A stretch of 64,000 nt of DNA from Nitrospirota bacterium (GTDB lineage: Bacteria; Nitrospirota; UBA9217). The position numbers and the translations under genes were made by a program. Location: the NCBI GenBank assembly GCA_963663225.1, contig OY760142.1, positions 3,072,001 to 3,136,000 of the forward strand, written 5' to 3'. Below the pieces are notes generated by a model. The model saw only the letters and a program-made list of their open reading frames with translations, was not told where the DNA came from and did not search any database. Positions 25,036-35,890 of this stretch are shown piece after piece. How positions within the stretch are numbered: the stretch's first letter is position 1; every line of letters starts with the position of its first letter.

Positions 25036-25716
25036 TTACACCGGTTCGAATTTGCCTTCTGACATTCTCAGCACCCGGTCCGCACGAACTGCAAGTTTGT
25101 CATTGTGGGTTACCACTACAAACGTTATCTTTTTCTGTTTATTGACGGTACAGAGAAGGTCATGAATTGCTTCGCCGGTATGAGCGTCAAGGTTCCCGGT
25201 CGGTTCATCAGCCAGCACCACATCCGGGTTCAGAACAAGTGCCCTGGCGACCGCCACACGCTGCTGTTCTCCGCCCGAAAGCTCTCCCGGGCGATGATGC
25301 AGGCGGCCGCTGAGCCCTACATCGCTGAGAATTTTTGATGCTGACTCCATCGCTGTTTTCTGATCGGTTCTTCGGATAAGGGCCGGCAGCATGACATTTT
25401 CAAGTGCTGAAAATTCAGGAAGGAGATGGTGAAACTGAAACACAAACCCCACCCGTTCATTTCGAAAGCCAGCCAGTTTATTGTTGGTCAGATTGAAGAC
25501 ATCCACGTCTCCATAATGGACCGTGCCTGCTGTTGGACGATCAAGCGCACCTACGATATGGAGGAATGTGCTTTTCCCGACGCCGGAAGCCCCTACAATG
25601 GCAAGCAACTCCCCCTTATGGATGGTAAGATCTATATCATCCAGAACATGCAGAGGCTCCGGTCCGCTCATAAAAGTTTTTTTGAGCTTGCGAATATGGA
25701 TAAGAGGCTGTGTTAT
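25036..25716 (-). CDS. lolD: Lipoprotein-releasing ABC transporter ATP-binding protein
   Basis: GASGVGKS, GFVFQFHHLL, LSGGEQQR, ADEPTGNLD; start uncertain (ATA 25716 or ATG 25671). Confidence 0.9.
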   Translation of the reverse strand: MTQPLIHIRKLKKTFMSGPEPLHVLDDIDLTIHKGELLAIVGASGVGKSTFLHIVGALDRPTAGTVHYGDVDVFNLTNNKLAGFRNERVGFVFQFHHLLPEFSALENVMLPALIRRTDQKTAMESASKILSDVGLSGRLHHRPGELSGGEQQRVAVARALVLNPDVVLADEPTGNLDAHTGEAIHDLLCTVNKQKKITFVVVTHNDKLAVRADRVLRMSEGKFEPV

Positions 25717-25949
25717 TTTTTATCTCCCTGTTTAATGGTGTCAATGCCTTTTTCAACGCCTTTTTCAATAGTCGCGGCTTTTTTCTGCATGTCCTGTTTT
25801 ACTTCTTCCGCTTTTTTGCCCGCGCCGGTTATCCAGTGGCCGGCCTCTTTCAAAAGACCACCTCCGCCCAGAAGGATAAAAACAACTATTGCTAATGCCA
25901 GCAGTATTACGACGAGTAAAACTTTTTTGAAACCATCTTTCTGTGCCAT
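25713..25949 (-). CDS. Small single-TM hypothetical protein
   Basis: GGAGG RBS; hydrophobic N-terminus and Lys-rich amphipathic tail; fills the lolC-lolD gap. Confidence 0.7.
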   Translation of the reverse strand: MAQKDGFKKVLLVVILLALAIVVFILLGGGGLLKEAGHWITGAGKKAEEVKQDMQKKAATIEKGVEKGIDTIKQGDKK

Positions 25950-25989
25950 AGCAGCCTCCTATTTAGATGAACTGTGTGTATGATCTTTT

Positions 25990-27225
25990 TTATTCATATC
26001 TCAGTATTTCCACGGGGTCTTGTTTTGCCGCCTGCCAAGAAGGATACAGAGTGGCAAGGAAACTGATTCCCAATGCGGTCAACGCAATAAGAAAAACGTC
26101 CATGCTCGAAATGGAAAGCGGCAAATGGCTTACCTGATACACGTCCTTGGGAAGCGTAATCAAGTCAGTTTTGATAACGAGTGTTACTGCGCCATAGCCG
26201 ATTATCGTTCCCAATGCCGTTCCTACAGCGCCGATCGTCAGGCCGGCGAATATAAATATTTTCATTATACTCGGCGCAGGAGCTCCCATGGATTTCATAA
26301 TTGCGATTTCGCGGTTTTTCTCCATTACAATCATCGTTAAAGTCCCAATGATATTAAAGGAGGCAACCACAATGATTACGACGAGAATAAGAGACATTCC
26401 GATTTTTTCAAGCAAAAGAGCAGAGAAAAAATTCTTATTCATCTCCATCCAGTTCCGCGTATAATAGGGATATCCGACGGTTGCTTGTATCTTTTTCGAA
26501 ATCGTGTCTGCATGATAGACATCGTCCACACGCACCTGGATGCCGCTTACACGGCCCTGCATATCAAAAAATTTTTGTGCATCTGGAATGGCGATATATA
26601 CAAACCCGGTGTTGTAGTCGTACATTCCTGCATCGAACAAACCGGCAAGTTCGAATTTTCTCATCTTCGGCACAATTCCAATGGGTGTTTCTTCCCCGAG
26701 CGGATTCACCATGGTAATAGTGTCTCCGATTGATGCTCCCAGTTTGCGGGCAAGGTCTTCACCTATGACAATGCCGGGAAATTTTCTTCCTGCTTTTTCC
26801 AAGTCGGCAAGGGAACCTACTGTCATATTTTTTGCAAGATCGGTCACCGAACCTTCGGATTTCGGATCAATGCCGCGCACCACAACTCCCTGCATCCTCT
26901 CTCGCGTGGTCACCATGGACTGGCCATAGACAAACGGTGTAGTTGCCTTGACATGTGGGATTTGTTCGACCTTTTTCTGCAAAGATTCCTTGTCCTGTAC
27001 ACCCGACCCGGTATACTCCATAACTACGATATGGGGCATGGCGGAAAGGATTTTATCTTTGAAATACCCCTGGAAGCCTGTCATGACCGCAAGGGTAATG
27101 ATAGATGTGGCAACACCGATAACGACACCGGCAATGGATATGAATGTATTAAGTGAAACGGTCCCATATCGTTTTTTTGTCTTCAGATACCGCAGACTGA
27201 CAAATATTTCATATGGAAATTTCAT
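25990..27225 (-). CDS. lolC: Lipoprotein-releasing ABC transporter permease LolC/E
   Basis: SLRYLK, AVMTGF, VASFNII, EIAIMKSMGA, DPVEILRYE. Confidence 0.9.
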   Translation of the reverse strand: MKFPYEIFVSLRYLKTKKRYGTVSLNTFISIAGVVIGVATSIITLAVMTGFQGYFKDKILSAMPHIVVMEYTGSGVQDKESLQKKVEQIPHVKATTPFVYGQSMVTTRERMQGVVVRGIDPKSEGSVTDLAKNMTVGSLADLEKAGRKFPGIVIGEDLARKLGASIGDTITMVNPLGEETPIGIVPKMRKFELAGLFDAGMYDYNTGFVYIAIPDAQKFFDMQGRVSGIQVRVDDVYHADTISKKIQATVGYPYYTRNWMEMNKNFFSALLLEKIGMSLILVVIIVVASFNIIGTLTMIVMEKNREIAIMKSMGAPAPSIMKIFIFAGLTIGAVGTALGTIIGYGAVTLVIKTDLITLPKDVYQVSHLPLSISSMDVFLIALTALGISFLATLYPSWQAAKQDPVEILRYE

Positions 27226-27289
27226 GTTTTTTGTATGAGCTCAGCGCATTGAGAGCAGTGAGCAGTCATTCCGTTCCGTGTTTTGAGCA

Positions 27290-28768
27290 CTATTTTTCTT
27301 TCTTCATTTGCGGAAAAAGAATCACATCGCGGATGGAGCTTGAGCCGGTGAGCAGCATCACCAAACGGTCTATGCCGATGCCTTCGCCTGCCGCCGGTGG
27401 CATGCCGTATTCAAGGGCGCGGATAAAGTCCTCATCCATGTGGTGAGCCTCTTCATCTCCTGCTTCACGTTCAGACACCTGCTTGAGAAAACGCTCCTTC
27501 TGGTCTAACGGATCGTTTAATTCTGAAAAAGCATTCGCAATCTCCCTGCCGACGATGAACAATTCGAAGCGCTCGACAAAATCAGGATTGTCATCCCGCT
27601 TTTTCGACAAAGGAGAGATGTCCGTCGGATAATCAGTGACAAACGTCGGTTGTATGAGTTTCGGTTCCACCAGCGCTTCAAACAGCTCGTTGAGAAGTTT
27701 GCCGAGCGGCTCACCGCCCTTTAAATGCGCGCCCAGCTTTCTTGCATAATCAGCTGCCTTATCGGCATTTTCCAGGACGTCATCCGGAACGCCGGCCTCC
27801 CGCAGCGCATCCATATAGGTGATGCGTTTCCAGGGAGCAGCAAGACTGATGGTATGCCCCTCGAAATTCACCGTCGTGGTGCCCAGCACATCCTTTGCAA
27901 TAGTGCTGATCATGTTCTCGGTCATGTCCAGCAAATCACGATAATCGGCATAGGCAGTATAAAATTCCAGCATGGTGAATTCCGGATTATGGCGTGTAGA
28001 AATGCCTTCATTTCTGAAATTACGGTTTATCTCATACACTTTTTCGAAGCCGCCGACCAGCAACCGTTTGAGATAGAGCTCCGGCGCAATGCGGAGATAA
28101 AGATCCATATCCAGGGCGTTGTGGTGCGTTTTAAAGGGGCGTGCGGTAGCGCCTCCGGGAATGGACTGCATCATGGGCGTTTCCACTTCGAGATAACCGC
28201 GATCGTTCAGAAATTTCCTTATTGCCTGAATAATCCTGGTACGCGCAATAAAGACCTGTTTTACTTCCGGATTTACTATGAGATCGACATACCGTTGCCG
28301 ATAGCGGAGTTCGACGTCCGTAAGGCCGTGCCATTTTTCAGGCAAGGGCCGCAACGATTTGGACAAGAGCGTGAAACCTTCGACGTCAATCGTCAACTCA
28401 TTGGTTTTGGTGCGGAAAAGAAAACCCTTTATTCCAATGAAATCGCCGATGTCGAGCTTTTTAAAAAGTGCATACCGGTCGTCGCCAAGCGTGTTTTTCT
28501 GATAATAGATCTGAATCTTACCGGTGCCGTCTTGAATATGGCTGAAACCAGCCTTACCGAAGCTCCGCATGGCAACAATTCGTCCCGCGACCGTGACTTC
28601 GGTCCGTTTGGTTTCCAGCTCTTCTTTTGTGGCCTCACCGTAAGTGTCAATCAGCATCTGCGCCGATTGAGTAACTATAAATTTTCCTGCATAGGGTTGA
28701 ACACCCATCGCACTGATCTCTGCAAGTTTTTTAAAACGCTGCTGGACCAGTTCGTTATAATCTTCCAT
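27290..28768 (-). CDS. lysS: Lysine--tRNA ligase (class II)
   Basis: [39 protein letters not shown]. Confidence 0.98.
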   Translation of the reverse strand: MEDYNELVQQRFKKLAEISAMGVQPYAGKFIVTQSAQMLIDTYGEATKEELETKRTEVTVAGRIVAMRSFGKAGFSHIQDGTGKIQIYYQKNTLGDDRYALFKKLDIGDFIGIKGFLFRTKTNELTIDVEGFTLLSKSLRPLPEKWHGLTDVELRYRQRYVDLIVNPEVKQVFIARTRIIQAIRKFLNDRGYLEVETPMMQSIPGGATARPFKTHHNALDMDLYLRIAPELYLKRLLVGGFEKVYEINRNFRNEGISTRHNPEFTMLEFYTAYADYRDLLDMTENMISTIAKDVLGTTTVNFEGHTISLAAPWKRITYMDALREAGVPDDVLENADKAADYARKLGAHLKGGEPLGKLLNELFEALVEPKLIQPTFVTDYPTDISPLSKKRDDNPDFVERFELFIVGREIANAFSELNDPLDQKERFLKQVSEREAGDEEAHHMDEDFIRALEYGMPPAAGEGIGIDRLVMLLTGSSSIRDVILFPQMKKEK

Positions 28769-28919
28769 GGAAATTCCATCCTTCGAAATTAGTTTACAAA
28801 AACCGTTTAGAAATAGGTAATCTCTTCAAAAAAAAATCCTGATATTTTGCTTTTGCACAATCGGCAGTATTAACAGCGCTCTCAAGACCGGGGCTTTTGC
28901 GTCTGCAGCAAAAAAATGC

Positions 28920-29804
28920 TTATCCCATAAGCATGCTGAGCACTTCAAGGTATTTTTCGGTTGTCTTCGTTACGACGTTTTCAGGAAGCACCGGTGCAGG
29001 GGGCTGCTGGTTCCACTTGATCGAAAGCAGATAGTCTCTGACGAACTGCTTGTCAAAGCTTTTCTGCACCACCCCTTCCTCATAATCATGCTGAGGCCAG
29101 AATCGCGAAGAATCCGGCGTCAGTACTTCATCGATTAAGATTACTTCATTATCAAACAGGCCGAACTCCAGCTTTGTATCAGCGATAATAATTCCTTTCG
29201 GTTCGGCGAGCTCGCATGCTTTTTTATAAACGGCGAGTGTATATTTTTTTATCTCATCCGCAATTTTTGATCCGACAAGCTTGACGACTGCATCGAAATC
29301 GATATTGACATCGTGTTCGCCGACATCTGCCTTGGTCGATGGCGTAAAAATCGGCTCCGGAAGTCGTGATGCTTCACGAAGGCCTGACGGCAATTTGATT
29401 CCACTCACTGTACCGGTGGATTGGTATTCCTTAAGGCCGGAGCCGGTAAGATAGCCGCGGACAATACATTCGACCGGCAACGGTTGTGATTTTTTTACAA
29501 GCATGCTTCTTTCTTCGAGTATCGCAGCATGCGGCCTGCACTCCTTGGGAAGATCTTTTATCTCGGTCGAAATCAAGTGGTTTTTTACAATATTCTCCGT
29601 TTTGGAAAACCAGTATTTCGATATCTGAGTGAGCACCCGGCCTTTCTCGGGAATGGCATTTGGAAGAACCACGTCGAATGCCGAAATTCTGTCTGTGGCC
29701 ACAATGAGCAGCGCGTCGCCCAAGTCGTAAATATCGCGAACCTTGCCTCGCTTCGGCGGCTTTAACCCCGGTAAATTAGTCTGCAGTACCAATGGCATTG
29801 TCAT
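28920..29804 (-). CDS. purC: SAICAR synthase
   Basis: [36 protein letters not shown]. Confidence 0.97.
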   Translation of the reverse strand: MTMPLVLQTNLPGLKPPKRGKVRDIYDLGDALLIVATDRISAFDVVLPNAIPEKGRVLTQISKYWFSKTENIVKNHLISTEIKDLPKECRPHAAILEERSMLVKKSQPLPVECIVRGYLTGSGLKEYQSTGTVSGIKLPSGLREASRLPEPIFTPSTKADVGEHDVNIDFDAVVKLVGSKIADEIKKYTLAVYKKACELAEPKGIIIADTKLEFGLFDNEVILIDEVLTPDSSRFWPQHDYEEGVVQKSFDKQFVRDYLLSIKWNQQPPAPVLPENVVTKTTEKYLEVLSMLMG

Positions 29805-31119
29805 GTTTCTCTTTCTCCTTGCTTTCTTCAGTTGAATATTTTAGTACCCGAATACGTGAAATGCGGTTTTTCCGCAGTCTGAGTACGGTAAACATGAGGT
29901 CGTGATACCGTATCTGGTCGCCTTCCGAGGGCAATCTCCCGAATACCCCTAAAACGAATCCACCGATTGTCTCGAATTCATCTTCCGGGAGGCTTACCCC
30001 CAGTCGTGCGTTTACTTTGTCGATATTTGTCCGGCCGTCGATAATATACCGGTTGGCCGCAATTTCTTCGATTTCGCGAAGTTCTTTTTCTTTTTCATCC
30101 CTGATATCACCAATGATCTCTTCGATAAGATCTTCCATGGCAACCAAACCGTCCGTTCCACCGTACTCGTCTCCCACGAGCGCAAGATGGATCCGCTTTT
30201 CCCGCATCTCTCTCAGCAAGACGCTCACATTCTTATTCGGAGGTACAATATAGGGTTTTCGAAGTACGTTTTCAAGCTGGAAAGGCTTGTTTTCAATATG
30301 CAGCGACAGGATATCTTTCAGATAGACTACCCCGATGACGTTGTCGATGTTTTCTGTATAAACCGGCAACCGGGAAAAGCCTTTTTCGTTCATGGTCCGA
30401 AGAATCGTGTCAATATCGCTGTTCGATTCCACCGCAACAATTTCAGTGCGCGGTATCATTACCTCCTTCACCATCGTGTCAGTGAACTTGAACACGCTGT
30501 GAATTAAGTCTTCTTCAGAAGAGTCGAAAATACCGCTCTTACGTCCTTCCCGGATGAGATATTTAACCTCGTCTTCTGATATAAGAGCAGGTTCTTTTTG
30601 CCCCTGTGAAGCAAATATTCTGAGTACAACATTGTTCGAGACGGTGAGCATGCGCAGAACCCACCGAAATGCTTTCGACAGAACATCAATAAAGGGCGCC
30701 GTAGAAAATGCAATCTGCTCGGAATACCGGATCGCAAGAGATTTTGGCACGAGCTCTCCTGCAACAAGGGTAATATACGTAATACACGTCACTACTAAGC
30801 CGAGAGAGATCGGTTCTGCCGCTTTCCTTATAAAGTCTATGGGAACAGATTGCAAAATTGGTTTGAGCTGCTCGATTGCAATCACGCCGCCCAATGCGGA
30901 AGCAAGCGTTCCTACTAACGTTACTCCAATCTGCACAGTAGCGAGAAAGCGTTCCGGTTCTTCCTGCAGTTTTTGTACGCGTCTTGCGGGCTCACTGCCG
31001 TTCTTGACAAGATGGCGTACTCTGCTTTTCCGAAGAGAAATCAGCGCTATTTCAGATGATGCGAAGAAAGCATTTACAAGAATCAGAAAAAAGATAAAGA
31101 GTAGTTCGATAAATAGCAT
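29776..31119 (-). CDS. CNNM/DUF21-CBS-CorC 'hemolysin family' Mg/Co transport protein
   Basis: [39 protein letters not shown]. Confidence 0.92.
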   Translation of the reverse strand: MLFIELLFIFFLILVNAFFASSEIALISLRKSRVRHLVKNGSEPARRVQKLQEEPERFLATVQIGVTLVGTLASALGGVIAIEQLKPILQSVPIDFIRKAAEPISLGLVVTCITYITLVAGELVPKSLAIRYSEQIAFSTAPFIDVLSKAFRWVLRMLTVSNNVVLRIFASQGQKEPALISEDEVKYLIREGRKSGIFDSSEEDLIHSVFKFTDTMVKEVMIPRTEIVAVESNSDIDTILRTMNEKGFSRLPVYTENIDNVIGVVYLKDILSLHIENKPFQLENVLRKPYIVPPNKNVSVLLREMREKRIHLALVGDEYGGTDGLVAMEDLIEEIIGDIRDEKEKELREIEEIAANRYIIDGRTNIDKVNARLGVSLPEDEFETIGGFVLGVFGRLPSEGDQIRYHDLMFTVLRLRKNRISRIRVLKYSTEESKEKEKHDNAIGTAD

Positions 31120-31183
31120 ATTTATCAAAAAGTAGTGGGACGATGAAACAATTCTTCAATCCTGCCGTTGCTCTGATACAGCT

Positions 31184-32653
31184 CTAAAAGCCATACTCTT
31201 TCCATCGTTTGTCGACCATTTCAGATATTTTACCGTCCATCTTAATTTCATCCGGCCAGGAACGCAGGAAACCTTCACCAAGGCCTTTGCGTGTTGCGTC
31301 AATTCCCATCTTTCCACCGAAACCTGTCTGCGGACAGGAGTGGTCAAGAATATCCAACGGACCGTTTGTAATGATCACATCACGTTGGGGGTCCACATGG
31401 TTCATCACTTTCCATGTTACTTCCGAGTAGTCATGAATATTTACATCTTCATCGCAGACGATGACAAATTTGGAGAGCATAAGCATACCGGTGCCCCAGA
31501 TGGTATTGATCACCTTTTTGCCGTGCCCGGGATATCGTTTTTTTATTTTTACAATAACATTATTATGGAATACACCCTCAATGGGCATATCCATATCGAG
31601 AATTTCCGGCGAAACCATCTGCAGAAGAGGGAGGAATATCCGCTCCGTAGCTTTGCCTAGGTACGCATCTTCCTGGGGCGGTCGACCAACCAGAGTTGCG
31701 GGATAGATGGCATTTTTCCGATGTGTAATTGCAGTGATATGAAACACCGGATAATCATCAGCTTCAGAATAGTAACCGGTGTGATCGCCAAACGGACCTT
31801 CACGACGGCGTTCATGTGGATCTACAAATCCTTCAAGAATGAATTCTGCTTCAGCAGGCACGCGGACATCAACGGTTTTACACTGTACAACTTCGAGCGG
31901 TTTTTTTCTTAAAAACCCTGCAAAAAGAAATTCACCGACTGCGGGAGGAAGCGGTGCCGTTGCTGCGTACACTATCGATGGATCTCCGCCAATGGCAACC
32001 GCAACTTCCATGCGCCTCCCGGCTGATTCATAATGCTGATAGTGACGCGCTCCATCCTTGTGTTTGTGCCAATGCATGCCTGTTGTCTGGCGGTCATACA
32101 TCTGCATCCGGTACATGCCGACATTCGTAATTTTTGAAACGGGGTCGACGGTACAAACCATTGGAAGGGTAATGAATTTTCCGCCATCGCCGGGCCAGCA
32201 TGTGAGTATTGGTATTTTAGAAAGATCAACCTGGTCCCCTGTCAAGACTACCTCCTGACAGGAAGCTTTCCGGACTGTTTTAGGAAAAAACTTCGCGAGT
32301 TCAGAAAGTTTCGGCAGAATCTGAAGCTTATCCATGATTCCCGCATCCGGGCCCGGAAAAAGGCCGGTCGGATCCACCAGCTCTTTTATTCTCAATCCGA
32401 TTTCATCCAGATTGTCGACCTCAAGCGCGAGACATATTCGCTTCATGGACCCAAAGGCATTGGTCAATACCGGAAAAGAGACCCCTTTCACCCGTTCGAA
32501 CAAAAGCGCTTTATTTTCAGCGCCCTTCTGTTTTGAAACGCGGTCCGTAATTTCCGCAATTTCCAGAGTTGGATCAACTTCGGCAGTTACTCTGAATAGT
32601 TCCTTGTTTTTCTCAAGGATATTGATATATTCTCTTAAAGATTCGTATGCCAT
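31184..32653 (-). CDS. UbiD-family prFMN decarboxylase (menaquinone futalosine-pathway type)
   Basis: NVGMYRMQ, MHWHKHKDG, EGPFGDHTGYY, GRPPQED, GGKMGIDAT. Confidence 0.9.
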   Translation of the reverse strand: MAYESLREYINILEKNKELFRVTAEVDPTLEIAEITDRVSKQKGAENKALLFERVKGVSFPVLTNAFGSMKRICLALEVDNLDEIGLRIKELVDPTGLFPGPDAGIMDKLQILPKLSELAKFFPKTVRKASCQEVVLTGDQVDLSKIPILTCWPGDGGKFITLPMVCTVDPVSKITNVGMYRMQMYDRQTTGMHWHKHKDGARHYQHYESAGRRMEVAVAIGGDPSIVYAATAPLPPAVGEFLFAGFLRKKPLEVVQCKTVDVRVPAEAEFILEGFVDPHERRREGPFGDHTGYYSEADDYPVFHITAITHRKNAIYPATLVGRPPQEDAYLGKATERIFLPLLQMVSPEILDMDMPIEGVFHNNVIVKIKKRYPGHGKKVINTIWGTGMLMLSKFVIVCDEDVNIHDYSEVTWKVMNHVDPQRDVIITNGPLDILDHSCPQTGFGGKMGIDATRKGLGEGFLRSWPDEIKMDGKISEMVDKRWKEYGF

Positions 32654-32692
32654 GGATTTTTGATTGTAGCCAAATCAGGATTGTTTTGCAAT

Positions 32693-34072
32693 CTAAAATT
32701 CCCGGTGAGTCTGCAGAGCTTCATATTTCTGGAGGCGATGCCTGAATGACCTGAAAGAAAGCCCAAGAAGCTTTGCTGCTTCTGTTTTTACTCCTCCGGC
32801 CTTTTTTAAAGCTTTTGTGAGAAGCGTGTTTTCCACATGTTCCAACAATTTCTCCAGATCAATGCCTGAATCAGGGATTTCAGAAGGAAGTATTTCGGAA
32901 GTGGATTGCAGATTTCTGAGAGTATCGGGTATATGTTCCGGACGGATTGTATCCTCTGAAGTTAATATTGCCAGGCGCTCCACGGTGTTTTCGAGTTCCC
33001 GGACATTGCCCGGCCACCGATAGCTCAGAAGGTGTTTCAGAGTTTCAGGGGCCAAAACCTTAGGCATTTTGGAGCCTGAAACTTTTTTAAGAAAATAGTC
33101 CGTCAGAAGAGGAATATCTTCCTTTCTTTCTCGAAGGGGCGGGAGATACACAGGCAGTACGTTTAATCGGTAGTAAAGATCTTCCCGAAATGCACCTTTT
33201 GAAACTTCCTCAAGGAGATCTTTGTTGCTTGCCGCAATGACTCGAACGTCCACCTTAATGGTCGTTGTCCCGCCGACGCGCATAAACTCTTTGTCCTGCA
33301 GAACACGCAGCAATTTCACCTGCAGTGCGGCTGTGGTAGAACTGATTTCGTCAAGAAAAATAGTACCGCCGTTGGCAGCCTCAAAAAGCCCCTGTTTGTT
33401 CGAAATCGCCCCCGTAAAAGCCCCCTTCATATATCCAAAAAGTTCACTTTCCAGGAGTGTTTCCGGCAGAGCACCGCAGTTAACCGTCACAAAAGGTCTG
33501 TCTTTTCTGAGACTGTTGAAATGGATGGCTTTCGCCACCAGTTCTTTCCCAGTGCCGCTTTCTCCCATAATCAGCACCGTTCCTGCGGTATCAGCGATTT
33601 GCCTGATCAGAGCGAATACTTTCTGCATGGCTTCGCTCTTTCCGATGAAGTTTTCGAAACCTGCCCGCGATTTTATCTCGCGCTTTAAAAGAATGTTTTC
33701 TTTTCTTAAAAAACGTTTTTCGAGCGCTTTTTGAATAATCAGCTTGATCTCGTCTATTTTGAATGGCTTCATAATATAATCATAGGCGCCGAGTTTCATG
33801 GCTTCGACTGCAGTTTCCGCAGTGGCAAAGGCAGTGATCATAATTACGATAGTATCTGATGAGACCTCCTTGATTGCTTTCAGGAGGCCGATGCCGTCCA
33901 GACCAGGCATTTTTACGTCGGTTATGACCAGATCAAATATTTCCGACTGCACTGCTTTGAGCGCGTCTACGCCGTTTTCTGCCGTGATAACCTCATGGCC
34001 TTCTTTTTTGAGCATGATCGCCAGAAAATCGCGCATGCTCTGTTCGTCATCAATAACAAGTATTTTATTCAT
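32693..34072 (-). CDS. pilR: Sigma54-dependent response regulator PilR
   Basis: Receiver domain, GESGTGKE, GAFTGA, WPGNVRELEN, Fis HTH (LSFRSFRHRL); follows pilS. Confidence 0.88.
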   Translation of the reverse strand: MNKILVIDDEQSMRDFLAIMLKKEGHEVITAENGVDALKAVQSEIFDLVITDVKMPGLDGIGLLKAIKEVSSDTIVIMITAFATAETAVEAMKLGAYDYIMKPFKIDEIKLIIQKALEKRFLRKENILLKREIKSRAGFENFIGKSEAMQKVFALIRQIADTAGTVLIMGESGTGKELVAKAIHFNSLRKDRPFVTVNCGALPETLLESELFGYMKGAFTGAISNKQGLFEAANGGTIFLDEISSTTAALQVKLLRVLQDKEFMRVGGTTTIKVDVRVIAASNKDLLEEVSKGAFREDLYYRLNVLPVYLPPLRERKEDIPLLTDYFLKKVSGSKMPKVLAPETLKHLLSYRWPGNVRELENTVERLAILTSEDTIRPEHIPDTLRNLQSTSEILPSEIPDSGIDLEKLLEHVENTLLTKALKKAGGVKTEAAKLLGLSFRSFRHRLQKYEALQTHREF

Positions 34073-35766
34073 AGTATATGCTCATCACCGATGCTTTTTT
34101 TAGCATATGGCAACTTTTCTGCCTCGGATGCGGCAGCAAACTCATCCAACATCGGAATGACAATTTTAAATTGCGTTCCTTTTCCCTGCACGCTATCCAC
34201 GGTGATCGTTCCTCCGTGATCTTCAATAATACGATAAACAATGGCAAGGCCTAAACCGGTACCTCCTGTTTTTGTCGTAAAGAACGGGTCGAAAATTTTG
34301 TCAAGAAACGCTCGCCCTATTCCCATGCCTGTATCTGAAATAATAATTTCACATATTTTCGAAGACAAAGAGATAGCTGAAACCATTATTTTCCCGCCGT
34401 TCGGCATAGCATGGCACGCATTCATCAGAAGGTTCCAAAACACCTGGCGGAGGCGTTGTGCATCTCCATCCACGACGATATGTGGATCAACTTTGCAATC
34501 GATATGAATATTTTCTGAAAAATCTCTGCTGTTTTTCAGCAGCATAATGGTTTCTTCAAATATCGGCAGTAGTTCTACCGGTTCGGTCTGTGATGTTTTT
34601 GCGCGCGCATATTCCAGAAATTCGGTTATAATTTCATTAAGGCGGTCGGTTTCCTTGACCACGATATTCATAAGCCTTTTGTTGTCCCCCTGAAGATCAA
34701 GTTCTCCCTGAAGCATCTGGATTGAACCGCTGAGTGATGCGAGAGGATTGCGGATTTCATGCGCAATGCCTGCTGCAAGACTGCCGACTGTCGCCAGTCT
34801 TTCCTGCCGCCTGACCTGTTCCTCCATTTCAATAATTTTGGTGATATCCTGGAAAACAAGAATAATGCCACGTACGGTATCTGCTTCATCCTTGAGAAGG
34901 GATGCCGTCATCCCGAGGATAGCGGCGGTGCCATTTTTTTTCATAATCTGCCCGTCAAAACGAAATGGCCGTTCTTTGAGCGCATCCGTATGGCCGAAAA
35001 TTCCCTTCATGGTGTCACCGAAAACTTCTTTCCAGCAATTGCGTATTTCTTCAAACGTATAGCCGGTAATCTGTTCCGCAGCAGGATTCCAAGACGCTAT
35101 TTTGCCCTGCAAATCCATGGTAAATACACCACTCCCAACGCTTCGTAAAATGTGCTCCTGAAGAAATCTGAGATCATCAAAATCTACACTCTTCTTATGG
35201 AGTTCCTGACTTGTTTTTCGAAGTCGTTCAGCAAGAGCTCCGCTTAGAAATGCCACGATATAAAACGAAAAGATGCTGATAAAAACATGATACAACACCT
35301 GCACGGCTGTAAAATTCGGACTCCTGACAAAACCGGCGATGTTATAAAATTGCATATCAAGCATTGCGCCGTATAAAATGCTCGACAGTGAAGCAGCTAG
35401 ATAGCCGCCTCTCCGATAGAGAATAGTGCTTGCTGAAATAATCACTAATAAATACAGCAATGAAAAACCGCTATCAATACCGCCGGTAATGTGCGTAAGA
35501 ACGGTTATGAGAAGGATATCGCCTGACATTTGCAGATAAGCGAGGAAAGGAAGATTTGCTATTTTTTTCAGGAGGTACGCATAGAGGGCTGTCAGGCCGT
35601 AGGTAATCAGAAGGAAATAGTATAAGTAATCGGTATTAAATGAGTAGATCCTGTAATGCCCTTGGAAAAAAATAAGAGATCCGACCAAAAGAGTCGAGAG
35701 CACTACTCTGCTCAAAATAAGCCATTTTATGCGGACAGAGTATTCTTCTCTTGAAAATTCTTGCAC
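34069..35766 (-). CDS. pilS: Membrane PAS sensor histidine kinase PilS
   Basis: N-terminal multi-TM region, PAS, AHEIRNPL, PFFTTK-GTGLGL; within pil cluster. Confidence 0.88.
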   Translation of the reverse strand: MQEFSREEYSVRIKWLILSRVVLSTLLVGSLIFFQGHYRIYSFNTDYLYYFLLITYGLTALYAYLLKKIANLPFLAYLQMSGDILLITVLTHITGGIDSGFSLLYLLVIISASTILYRRGGYLAASLSSILYGAMLDMQFYNIAGFVRSPNFTAVQVLYHVFISIFSFYIVAFLSGALAERLRKTSQELHKKSVDFDDLRFLQEHILRSVGSGVFTMDLQGKIASWNPAAEQITGYTFEEIRNCWKEVFGDTMKGIFGHTDALKERPFRFDGQIMKKNGTAAILGMTASLLKDEADTVRGIILVFQDITKIIEMEEQVRRQERLATVGSLAAGIAHEIRNPLASLSGSIQMLQGELDLQGDNKRLMNIVVKETDRLNEIITEFLEYARAKTSQTEPVELLPIFEETIMLLKNSRDFSENIHIDCKVDPHIVVDGDAQRLRQVFWNLLMNACHAMPNGGKIMVSAISLSSKICEIIISDTGMGIGRAFLDKIFDPFFTTKTGGTGLGLAIVYRIIEDHGGTITVDSVQGKGTQFKIVIPMLDEFAAASEAEKLPYAKKSIGDEHIL

Positions 35767-35890
35767 GAAGATCCCTTTATTTCAAAAGAAAAAAGCTGAT
35801 TTCACCAACTGAAGAAAAATTATAGAGGTCTACAGATTAATCAATAACCACCAAAAGAACAGTTTGTATACTATTGTGTATATTTTTTCT

